In this document: in pieces, positions 52,961 to 64,000 of the stretch
How positions within the stretch are numbered: position 1 is the first letter of the stretch
How the letters are laid out: each line of letters starts with the position of its first letter
Assembly: GCA_964016885.1 (NCBI GenBank)
Contig: OZ024743.1
Coordinates: 21,638,001 to 21,702,000, forward strand
DNA length: 64,000 nucleotides
Reading direction: 5' to 3'
From: Eledone cirrhosa
Taxonomy: Eukaryota
Made by a program: the position numbers and the translations under genes
Notes under the pieces: generated by a model
The model's input: the letters and a program-made list of their open reading frames with translations, nothing else
Database searches by the model: none
What the model was told of the DNA's origin: nothing

Positions 52961-54842
52961 CCAGTTCAATAATGGTGTTGATTCTTCCCCTATACTCTCA
53001 ATTCTCTTGCTTTTCTCTCTCTCTCTCTGTTTCTATGGCAGAAATTTGCAATGTTCCTGTCTAGAGAAGGATGGATGCCACTAGGTTTTAAATGTCAAAG
53101 ATATGCTGTATTTAATGACAGCACCCCTATAACTTCATTAGGATTTTAAGACCCATGACATGGCATAGCATTCCACTACCCAATATCTTCCACTTACAGT
53201 TTGAACTGATCATTTTTTATTTGAATAGCAGTGAAATTTTCAATTCAATTAATTGTTAAAATATTTAATCACTTGACAGTAAGAATTAGAAAATCAAAAT
53301 TTTAAATTAATTAATAGTCATGGCAAAGAGACCCCCCCCCCCCCAAAAAAAAAAAAAATATATATAACATCATTTACTTTGTAGGGAGATTTTGATGGAT
53401 TTGAATTTAAATATGAAAAACCTCAAGATAATAAATTTAGACAGTTTGTTATTAAAGAGGTTAAAATGGATATCAATCCTTATACTTTTTGAAACCACAA
53501 GAAACTGTCCCCATCTCTATAACTACAAAACTTTTTGTTTTCAAGTGTTTATTTTTAGCTAAAACCTTCCATCATAATTTCATATAAGAACCGTTGTTAA
53601 GTTATGTTCCAAACACCAGCTTACTAATGAGAAAGTTATATTACTAAATCAAAATTATTTGAAAATCATAGGGAGTCTTTCAATAGAAATGTGTTAACAA
53701 AAGGGTTAAAATGGCAACTTTATAAAGATGGAGCGGCTATGACAAAATATTGACTACATTATTCCTCAATTGACTACTTTTTTTGTTATAGTTCTTATAG
53801 TTCTACTGTATCAAAGATAATGACTAACCAATAGAAACAACATTATCTCTAATAAAACTGTGAGTTTCTCAATAGGACAAACATCACTTACACCTAATGA
53901 TACTTATCTCAATAGAAAAGAGGTTTTGAAGCTTCTTCTAAAATATGTCACTAAAGTAAAGAACTGAAAACTACACAAAGTAAGGCACAATAGAGTTTCT
54001 GGCAGGTTGACAGTGTATCAATTGTTTGAGGATTCAAATGTTCTAACATTGCAGTAAAAGCATCTGAATAAAGGACAATAGCCTATATCCATTGATCACT
54101 ATTAGTAGTGTATAATATATATTTCCTTGGTTAGTCTAATCAAGGGTGATTGGAGTTCAAGTATATATATTGAGGTTAAAGTTTGAAATAGAAGGAAGTT
54201 TAAAGAGGTAGTGTTAATGATAAAGGGTTGCTGTCAGCTCTGTCCTTCAAATATCTGAGTATAATTTTATAAGGCAGAAATCTTAAATTATTAATGTGAG
54301 AGCATATGGTTTGTTTGCTGTGATAAATTCAATCTGCATAACAATTACCTATATGTTATGTTACTGGATTATTAGCTGCACTATCAACACTGCTACACTG
54401 TCTATTACAAAACATTTCACTCTTACTAGCTCAGCCTATATAGCTGTAACTAGGCAGTGTGAATAATTACAGATTGTTATTAAAGGTAGTGAAGGTACAG
54501 TATAAATAAAAAGTGGTTAGTTTTTAATTCTGGTAACAAATTATTAAACAGGGTTGGAGAAGGTAAATTAAAATAACTGCTCTCATGTTGAAAACTACTA
54601 TATGAAAATTAATCCTTCCATGACAAATCATCATCATTACCCTCATCATCATTTAATGTCTGTCTTCCCTGCTTGTGAGGGTTGAACAGATCTTCACAAA
54701 CTGAGTCAGTATTCAAGCAGAACCACTGCCATGCTGAAAACACTGGTTTTCTTCTAGTCACTGAAATTAAGCAGTCAAGCATAGTTAGCATTTAGATGGG
54801 TAACTCTTTGTTAAGCCCAGATGTTGTACATATCTTTAATGT

Positions 54843-55110
54843 GGAGGTGTATCGCCTAGTGGTTAAGGGGTTGAACTTAGGATCATAAGGTCATGGGTTT
54901 GATTTCATTTCTGGACTGGGTTGTGTGTTGTGTTTTTGAGCAAAATACTTCCTTTCACATTGCTCCAGTATACTCAGTTGAAAATAAGTGCAGCAGGAGC
55001 TGGGGGTATAACTTTGCAATGGACTGGTGTTCTGTCCAGGGAGAGTCTTGTATCTCAATTGCTTAACAGGATAAGCACTGACCTAATGAGCCTCTGAGCT
55101 TGAGACAGAC
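54843..55110 (+). mobile_element. tRNA-derived SINE, second family, diverged
   Basis: GGAGGTGTATCGCCTAGTGGTTAAGG (A box), GGGTTTGATT (B-box-like), and TGTGTTTTTGAGCAAAATACTT..TTTCACATTGCTCCAGT shared with 60972-61308. Confidence 0.7.
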
Positions 55111-55689
55111 TTCAGATATTGGAGACCAAGCATTAATGTGGATGTAAATCATTGACATCATCACTACAACATTAACTCTTCAATACAAGGTGTTTATAAA
55201 TCATGATAAAATATCCAACAATTACTGTAAAAGGGATTAGGAATCATATTTAGATCTTTAATAATCTGTTGCTATTGCAGTGTTTCAATTATAGAAAATT
55301 GTCCAACAATTAGTCCAGTGTTTTTAGCAATTAAAGTAAAGTATTTAGTAATTACTTCACTGCAGCAGTTGTTTACACCAAGGTGTCTAACAATAATTTG
55401 CAGAATGACTAATAGTCACAGCCAGGTGTTTACAGATCACTCCATGGTATTTGCTATTTACAAAAACAAACTGACAACTATAGAAAGGTGATAATAATGA
55501 CTACAGTAATCAACTAAAGGTGTTTAGGTTTTGTTTTTAGTGTGAACTTCATTTACAGACATATCTGTATTTACAATTTTATTATACCATATAAAAAATA
55601 AGAAAAGGACATCAGTATCAAAATGTGAGGGTTATTGCTTCAATTGGGTTTATATTGATAATGTGGGACTTTATTTGGGTGTTATTAAT

Positions 55690-55905
55690 AATTTCTAATT
55701 TAAGCACAAGGCCAACAATTTGTTGGGTGGGGAATGTCGATAACATCAACTCCAATATGAGACTGGTATTTTATTTTATTGATTCCGGAGGACGAATTGA
55801 AAAGCTGATCATGCTGGGGTTTGAACTCAGAATATAAAGATCCATAACTAAATATTGCAAAGCATTTTGTCTGATGTTCTAATGGTTCAGCCAACCCATC
55901 GCCCT
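55690..55905 (-). mobile_element. Diverged Nin-like SINE
   Basis: GCACAAGGCCAACAATTT...CTGGTATTTTATTTTATTGA...TTTGAACTCAGAAT. Confidence 0.65.
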
Positions 55906-57550
55906 TTTGGGGTATTATAAATAACAACAATAATCATATCTCATCAATGAACAATACACATAGCAAGCATGCCAGGCTATGGTTCTCTTCACAACTATGA
56001 GATACTAAAGATAATGTTATAGTAAGCTCTTCAATAGGGAACACTGGAATATCGGAGTGAAGTATAAGTTAACATTCACTAGAGTCAGTCTTAATATTAT
56101 GATACACTACTTTGTATTATTTTACAATTCTTTTACAATACATTGTAGTATATTGTAAAAGTATAGTGTAATTGTAATACCTTTTCGTTGGTGATGTGAT
56201 GTATATACAGTAACCATCCTCTGTCTGCTGGTCCTTCCATCACAAAGGAAAAGTCATGTGATTACTGTTTCATCTGATTTTGTACCAAAAGTGTCCAAAT
56301 TGAAACCTGCCAGGGAAGGGCTGGCTATGCAAACTTGAGCACATTTTGAAAGATGATCCTCAATAATAATAATAAATTATCCCTGTCACTGATAGTGAAT
56401 TTTCCTTTTAATACCAGTGGCTGGTAGATAGGTAATTTGTTAGACAAACCCACAAGATTGGGAATCTGTTAGTTTACTACAGCCGAATACATCATCCTCT
56501 GGGTCAGTACCTTTGTTCTATAAGACTTAAGAAGCTGGAATCAAAGATGGCAGGGATTGGATCACTGCAATCAAAGCTTTTTCATCATCATCACTATTTA
56601 ACATCTATTTTAGTTGCTTGCATAGATTAGAAGTATTCTCACATACTAAGGCTTGATTTGTCAGATACACCATACCTTTTTGGCTTAGATTCTATGGCTG
56701 AATGCCCTTCCTAATATCAACCACTTTACAGTATGCACTAGAAGAATTTTACCATGACCCCGATACCATCATCTTACTCAGTGGACTGAGTGCTTTTCAT
56801 AATGTATGCAATATAATGCTATATTGTAACAGCACACATGGGACAGTGAACATAGGAGTAGACAAACAACATAAAAATTCATGATGGGGAATAATCAAGA
56901 AATTGATTTGTATCACATCCATATTCAGGATCAAAACACATAATATTCACCGAGCCAGTCACTTTAGAGCCAGATAGGCATACTAAACTGATGGTATGCA
57001 CCACTGCTTTAAGTGACATTATGAGATTTTTATCAACATTAATGGGCCCCTGTAGGTTTCAATGAGGAGGGTTCCAGTTATTTGATCAATGTGTAAGTGG
57101 CTAAGCAGACACATACCGTCACCTTTGTAATTTACTTGGAGGTTAAGCTTGACATAGTGTGTGACAAGGTTGATTCAATGAATTACAAGTACAGTCCACC
57201 TAACGGGCTTCCAAACAATATCTGTTTACCCAATTTCACTTACAATGCATGGATCAACTGAAAGTTATAGTAAGTGACACTTACCCAAGATGCCACACAG
57301 TGGGATTGAACTGGGATCTAATGGTTGTAAAGCATACTTCTTAACCATTTGGCCATGCTGCATCCACTGATAAGAAATATAGAAAAGTTATCATCTCTTC
57401 ATCTTAAGTGCTTCTGCAATGATAAAATAATAATGGTTTCTAATTTAAATAGAAGGCTAGCAATTAAGGAATATATATATATAGGAGTTCAAGACCGGCT
57501 GCCCATGGGAACTCCTATACGCAGATGATCTAACGCTCATAGCTGAATCA

Positions 57551-58474
57551 ATGACCGAACTAGAGAAGAAGTTCCAAACATGGAAGCACGGCCTAGAATC
57601 AAAAGGCCTTAAAATTAACCTGGCTAAGACTAAAGTTCTAGTTTGTAGGAAAGAAAATAAGGCGGCGGTCCCATCTGGGAAATGGCCATGCTCAGTGTGT
57701 AGGAAAGGCGTAGGTAGAAACTCCATTTTATGTCCCAAATGCAAAGTATGGGTGCATAAAAGATGTAGTGGGATCACAGGTAAGCTAACTAAGAACATAG
57801 ATTTTACATGTGGCCGGTGCTCTGGTGCAATAAGTAGCAGCAAGTGCCCACAAAATACTAGCTCCTTCAACTGCGCAGAGGGTTCTATAGAAATAGTGGA
57901 CAGCTTCCGTTACCTGGGTGACAAAATCAGCAGTGGGGGAGGGTGCTCTGAAAGTACAGTAACTAGAGTCAGAACTGGATGGAAAAAGTTCAGAGAGCTT
58001 ATACCACTATTAGCCGCTAGAGGGTTCTCCCTAAAAATGAAAGGCAGGTTATACGATGCCTGCATACGAACAGCAATGCTGCATGGCAGTGAGACCTGGG
58101 CATTGTGTGCAGAGGATATACGCAGACTAGAGAGGAACGAAGCTTGCATGCTCCGCTGGATGTGCAATAGTAATATACGTGAACGGCAAAGCATAAACGA
58201 ACTAAGGAAAAAATTAGAAATAAGAGGGATCAGATGTTGTTTACTCGAGAGAAGGCTACGTTGGTACGGTCACGTGATGCGCATGAAAGACGACAGCTGT
58301 ATAACAAAGTGCATGGCAATAAAGATAGACGGTAGCCACGGAGTAGGCAGACCCAGAAAAACATGGGACGAGCTGATAAATTCCGACCTCACACGCTTAC
58401 ACCTCTCCAAGACAATGTCACTGGACCGAGACCTTTGGCGGTACTCAGTAATAGAGAAGACCCGCCTTACCTAA
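57551..58474 (+). CDS. RTE RT C-terminal portion with a PHD-like finger (truncated)
   Basis: Homologous to the 48616-50904 protein: GKWPCSVC...CPKC..WVHKRC...CGRC and RRLRWYGHV. Confidence 0.85.
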   Translation: MTELEKKFQTWKHGLESKGLKINLAKTKVLVCRKENKAAVPSGKWPCSVCRKGVGRNSILCPKCKVWVHKRCSGITGKLTKNIDFTCGRCSGAISSSKCPQNTSSFNCAEGSIEIVDSFRYLGDKISSGGGCSESTVTRVRTGWKKFRELIPLLAARGFSLKMKGRLYDACIRTAMLHGSETWALCAEDIRRLERNEACMLRWMCNSNIRERQSINELRKKLEIRGIRCCLLERRLRWYGHVMRMKDDSCITKCMAIKIDGSHGVGRPRKTWDELINSDLTRLHLSKTMSLDRDLWRYSVIEKTRLT

Positions 58475-58642
58475 ATACAAAGTAAAAACCTACTACAGTC
58501 AGTAGGCATCTCTATCAAAACACACCCCCGTCCCACCACCTCCACCCCACCCACACCGCCCCTTTCAATGTAAAGTTATGTTGGTCCCACAACATCCAGG
58601 CCGAAACAAATGAGATCGTGTAGGTGTCACGACAAAAAACAC

Positions 58643-58874
58643 ACAGTCCACGCTGTAAATGTGGCCGTGTAGGCAACATGGTAAAAACCTCCCAGCCCCA
58701 CACTGTAAATGTGGTTGGTGTTAGGAAGGGCATCCAGCTGTAGAAAACCCGCCAGACAGTCCACGCTGTAATGTGGCCGTGTAGGCAACACGGTAAAAAC
58801 CTCCCAGCCCCACACTGTAAATGTGGTTGGTGTTGGGAAGGGCATCCAACTGTAGAAAACCCGCCAGACAGTCC
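58643..58874 (+). repeat. 113/112-bp tandem duplication in the LINE 3' UTR
   Basis: ACAGTCCACGCTGTAA...GTAGAAAACCCGCCAG occurs at 58643 and 58756, and a third ACAGTCC starts at 58868. Confidence 0.9.
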
Positions 58875-59087
58875 TATGCGAGCAAGACAACCACTCTTGC
58901 TTCAAGTGGGAAAACCCCCGTCCAAACCCATGCAAGCGTGGAACACGGACGCTAAACCTGATGATGATGATGATGATGATGATGATATATATATATATAT
59001 ATATAAATATAAATATATATATATAAATATATATATAAATATATATATAAATATATATATATAAATATATATATAAATATATATATA

Positions 59088-59121
<34 letters not shown>

Positions 59122-59573
59122 AATATATAAATATATATATATATAAATATATGTAAGTACAAATAAATATATATATATATATAAATATATATATATAAAT
59201 ATATATATATAAATATATATATATAAATATATATAAATATATATAAATATAAATATATATAAATATATATAAATATAAATATATATATATATAAATATAT
59301 ATATATATAAATATAAATATATATAAATATAAATATATATAAATATATATATATATAAATATATATATATAAATATATATAAATATAAATATATATATAT
59401 ATAAATATATATATATATAAATATATATATATATAAATACATGTAAAGTTATATTTAAAATTGTTGGGTTACAACTAGTAAATATTTATAACTGATATAA
59501 AAGCACTCGACAAATATTTGGAGTATATTTACAATATTAAATAAATGGAAAACTATATTTATAAAACCATATT

Positions 59574-59639
59574 TATTTCATTATATATATTTCGGGGATA
59601 TCATATTAACAATATGCTATGCCTTCATCAGACAAAATA
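59574..59639 (-). ncRNA. Minimal type I hammerhead ribozyme motif (mirror copy)
   Basis: Exact reverse complement of 59691-59756. Confidence 0.7.
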
Positions 59640-59690
59640 CAATATAAACAGTTTTATAGAATATATTTATCTATAAAACTGTTTATATTG

Positions 59691-59756
59691 TATTTTGTCT
59701 GATGAAGGCATAGCATATTGTTAATATGATATCCCCGAAATATATATAATGAAATA
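59691..59756 (+). ncRNA. Minimal type I hammerhead ribozyme motif
   Basis: Stem I TATTTTGT/ATGAAATA (8 bp, 2 GU), CTGATGA at 59699, imperfect stem II GG.ATA.CATATT-GTT-AATATG.TATCC, GAAA at 59737, T-ATAT-A palindromic helix III, cleavage triplet ATA ending at 59748. Confidence 0.7.
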
Positions 59757-59922
59757 AATATGGTTTTATAAATATAGTTTTCCATTTATTTAATATTGTA
59801 TATATATAAATATATATAAATATATATAAATATATATATATATAAATATATATATATATAAATATATATATATATAAATATATATAAATATAAATATAAA
59901 TATATATAAATATATATATATA

Positions 59923-59953
<31 letters not shown>

Positions 59954-60001
59954 GTAAATATATATATATATAAATATATATAAATATAAATATATATAAA
60001 T

Positions 60002-60032
<31 letters not shown>

Positions 60033-60092
60033 AATATATATAAATATAAATATAAATATATATAAATATATATATATAAATATATATATATA

Positions 60093-60123
<31 letters not shown>

Positions 60124-60145
60124 GTAAATATATATATATATAAAT

Positions 60146-60176
<31 letters not shown>

Positions 60177-60220
60177 AATATATATATATATAAATATATA
60201 TATATAAATATATATATATA

Positions 60221-60254
<34 letters not shown>

Positions 60255-60771
60255 AATATAAATATAAATATATAAATATATATATAAATATATATATAAA
60301 TATATATATATAAATATAAATATATATATAAATATATATATATAAATATATATATATATAAATATATAAATATATATATATATAAATATATGTAAGTACA
60401 AATAAATATATATATATATATAAATATATATAAGTACAAATAAATATATATATATAAATATATATATAAATATATATATATATAAATATATATATATAAA
60501 TATATATATATATAAATATATATATATAAATATATATATATAAATATATATATATATAAATGTATATATATAAATATATATATATAAATATATATATATA
60601 AATATATATATATAAATATATATATATAAATATATATATATAAATATATATATATAAATATATATAAATATATATATATAAATATATATAAATATATATA
60701 TATATAAATATATATATAAATATATATATATATACATATATATAAATATATATATATATACATATATATAA

Positions 60772-60806
<35 letters not shown>

Positions 60807-60906
60807 CATATATATAAATATATATATATATATAAATATATAAATATATTTATATATAAATATATATATATATATAAATATATATATATAAATATATATA
60901 TATATT

Positions 60907-60939
<33 letters not shown>

Positions 60940-60971
60940 ATAAATATATATATATATATTTATATATATAA

Positions 60972-61308
60972 ATATCATTTCATCATTTCATTTCATTTTA
61001 CGTCCGCTTTTTCCCTGCTTGCAAGGGTGGGACGGGAACTGATTCTGGCTTGATTTCTACAGCTGGATGCCCTTCCTAACACCAACCTCATTTACAGTGA
61101 GTGCTCGGTGCTTTTTTGCCGTGGCACCTCCACGACCACTTTACAGTGGAATGATAGGGACCCCAGTCCCTATCATCTCATTTCTACAGCTGAGTAAACT
61201 GGAGCAATGTGAAATAAAGTGTCAACAACACATCGCCCGGTCTGAAAGTTGAACTCACAACCTTTCGATTGTAAGGCCAATGCTCTAACCACTAAGCCAC
61301 GTGCCTCC
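60972..61308 (-). mobile_element. tRNA-derived SINE with an RTE-derived 3' end
   Basis: Head GGAGGCACGTGGCTTAGTGGTTAGAGCA...GTGAGTTCAAC. The 3' end CCCGTCCCACCCTTGCAAGCAGGGAAAAAGCGGACGTAAAATGA matches the end of LINE 48592-50924. TA flanks on both sides. Confidence 0.88.
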
Positions 61309-61310
61309 AT

Positions 61311-61355
<45 letters not shown>

Positions 61356-61417
61356 ATATATATATTAAATATATATACGATATTAATAAATGGAAACTAT
61401 ATTTATAAAACCATATT

Positions 61418-61477
61418 TATTTCATTATACATATTTCGGTTAAATTAAATGATGGTATGCCTTCATCAGACGAAATA
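61418..61477 (-). ncRNA. Third related minimal hammerhead motif
   Basis: Reverse complement: TATTTCGT-CTGATGA-AGGCATACC...CC-GAAA-T-ATGT-A-TA-ATGAAATA. The flank 61381-61430 is homologous to the palindrome arm. Stem II is weak. Confidence 0.55.
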
Positions 61478-61925
61478 TATATATAAGATATAAATAAATA
61501 TATATATATTTATATATATAAATAAATATATATATATTTATATATATAAATAAATATATAAATAAATAAATATATATATATTTATATCTATAAATAAATA
61601 TATATATATTTATATATATAAATAAATATATATATAAATAAATATATATATATTTATATCTATAAATAAAAATATATATATTTATATATATAAATAAATA
61701 TATATATATTTATATATATAAATAAATATATATATATTTATATATATAAATAAATATATATATAAATAAATATATATATAAATAAATATATATATATTTA
61801 TATATATAAATAAATATATATATAAATACATATATATATAAATAAATATATATATATTTATATATATAAATAAATATATATATATATAAATAAATATATA
61901 TATAAATATATATAAATAAATATTT

Positions 61926-61956
<31 letters not shown>

Positions 61957-62029
61957 AATATAAATACATATATATAAATATAAATATATATATATAAATA
62001 TAAATATATATATATAAATATAAATATAT

Positions 62030-62348
<319 letters not shown>

Positions 62349-62453
62349 GACATATATAGAAATATATATATATATATAGACATATATAGAAATATATATA
62401 TAAATATATATAGACATATATATAAATATATATAAATATATATATATATAAAT

Positions 62454-62492
<39 letters not shown>

Positions 62493-62496
62493 TAAA

Positions 62497-64000
62497 GATA
62501 TGAAGACGGGTAAGGCGGCTGGTCCTTCGGAAATAGTTGCTGAGATGCTGAAGGCATCTGGTTCGGTGGGACACACCATGGTCACCCGGATAGTTAACCA
62601 AGTCGTACAGAATGGGGTTGTTCCGAAGGACTGGCGTAGCAGCATCATCGTTAACTGCTATAAGGGAAAAGGAGATGCCCTAGATAGGAGTAACTATAGA
62701 GGCATTAAATTAATCGACCAGGTCATGAAGGTCACGGAAAAAGTAATAGCGCAACTAATCAGAGAGAGAATTGATCTAGATGAAATGCAGTTCGGGTTTG
62801 TGTCAGGCAAAAGTACCACAGACGCTCTTTTCATTGTACGACAACTACAGGAGAAGTACCTAGCTAAAAGTAAACCCCTATACTTAGCTTTCGTCGACTT
62901 GGAGAAAGCCTTCGACAGAGTCCCCCGTTCCATTATCTGGTGGTCTGTTAGAAAACTAGGTGTTGACGAATGGCTTGTGAGAGCTATACAAGCCATGTAT
63001 AAAGAAACAGTCAGTAAGGTTAGAATTAACAACGAATATAGTGAAGAGTTTAGCGTAAAAGTTGGTGTCCATCAGGGCTCTGTTCTTAGCCCCCTACTAT
63101 TTATTATTGCCCTTCAGGCTATAACAGAGGAGTTCAAGACCGGCTGCCCATGGGAACTCCTATATGCAGATGATCTAACGCTCATAGCTGAATCAATGGC
63201 TGAACTAGAGAAGAAATTCCTAACATGGAAGCATGGCCTAGAATCAAAAGGCCTTAAAATTAACCTGGCTAAGACTAAAGTTCTAGTTTGTAGGAAAGAA
63301 AATAAGGCGGCGGTCCCATCTGGGAAATGGCCATGCTCAGTGTGTAGGAAAGGCGTAGGTAGAAACTCCATTTTATGTCCCAAATGCAAAGTATGGGTGC
63401 ATAAAAGATGTAGTGGGATCACAGGTAAGCTAACTAAGAACATAGATTTTACATGTGGCCGGTGCTCTGGTGCAATAAGTAGCAGCAAGTGCCCACAAAA
63501 TACTAGCTCCTTCAACTGCGCAGAGGGTTCTATAGAAATAGTGGACAGCTTCCATTACCTGGGTGACAAAATCAGCAGTGGGGGAGGGTGCTCTGAAAGT
63601 ACAGTAGCTAGAGTCAGAACTGGATGGAAAAAGTTCAGAGAGCTTATACCACTATTAGCCGCTAGAGGGTTCTCCCTAAAAATGAAAGGCAGGTTATACG
63701 ATGCCTGCATACGAACAGCAATGCTGCATGGCAGTGAGACCTGGGCATTGTGTGCAGAGGATATACGCAGACTAGAGAGGAACGAAGCTTGCATGCTCCG
63801 CTGGATGTGCAATAGTAATATACGTGAACGGCAAAGCATAAACGAACTAAGGAAAAAATTAGAAATAAGAGGGATCAGATGTTGTTTACTCGAGAGAAGG
63901 CTACGTTGGTACGGTCACGTGATGCGCATGAAAGACGACAGCTGTATAACAAAGTGCAGGGCAATAAAGATAGACGGTAGCCACGGAGTAGGCAGACCCA
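62497..64000 (+). mobile_element. Young 5'-truncated RTE LINE (subfamily 2), running off the window end
   Basis: Open frame from 62500: [18 protein letters not shown]...AFVDLEKAFDRVP...GVHQGSVLSPLLF...YADDL. From 63129 on it is near-identical to 57484 onward. Confidence 0.94.

Larger units (their letters stand above)
57483..58985 (+). mobile_element. Young 5'-truncated RTE LINE (subfamily 2) with a ~500-bp 3' UTR and (GAT)n tail
   Basis: Starts after (AT)n at 57471-57482. The ORF runs from EFKTGCPWELLYADDL to IEKTRLT* (stop 58474). The tail at 58959-58985 runs into (TA)n. Confidence 0.93.
59530..59800. repeat. Perfect palindrome with 131-bp arms and a 9-nt spacer
   Basis: 59530-59660 is the exact reverse complement of 59670-59800 by manual comparison. 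Confidence 0.95.

Noticed and set aside
61225-61308. tRNA gene (also 54843-54915)
   Set aside because: A and B boxes are present, but there is no proper cloverleaf and the sequence continues into a SINE body and tail.

Overview
This is AT-rich eukaryotic repeat DNA. The SINE and LINE types and the (TA)n content suggest a cephalopod (Octopus-like) genome, which is an inference. Bases 1-30929 are a tandem satellite of about 435 copies of a 71-bp unit with higher-order structure: a 6,106-bp (86-mer) tandem duplication and a 2.4-kb block repeated 6,737 bp away. The remainder is a cluster of mobile elements. It holds a Penelope-like GIY-YIG remnant with an inverted 5' part and a minimal hammerhead ribozyme, a deleted two-LTR Gypsy element, a deleted mariner with 105-bp inverted ends, a Helitron 3' end and a hAT MITE. 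It also holds many tRNA-derived SINEs and three young 5'-truncated RTE LINEs whose RT carries a PHD-like Cys/His finger. A 3.5-kb (TA)n/(TATAAA)n tract contains a perfect 271-bp palindrome with two divergent minimal hammerhead ribozyme motifs, plus a third related copy. Most young elements sit in (TA)n runs. No host protein-coding gene could be supported.
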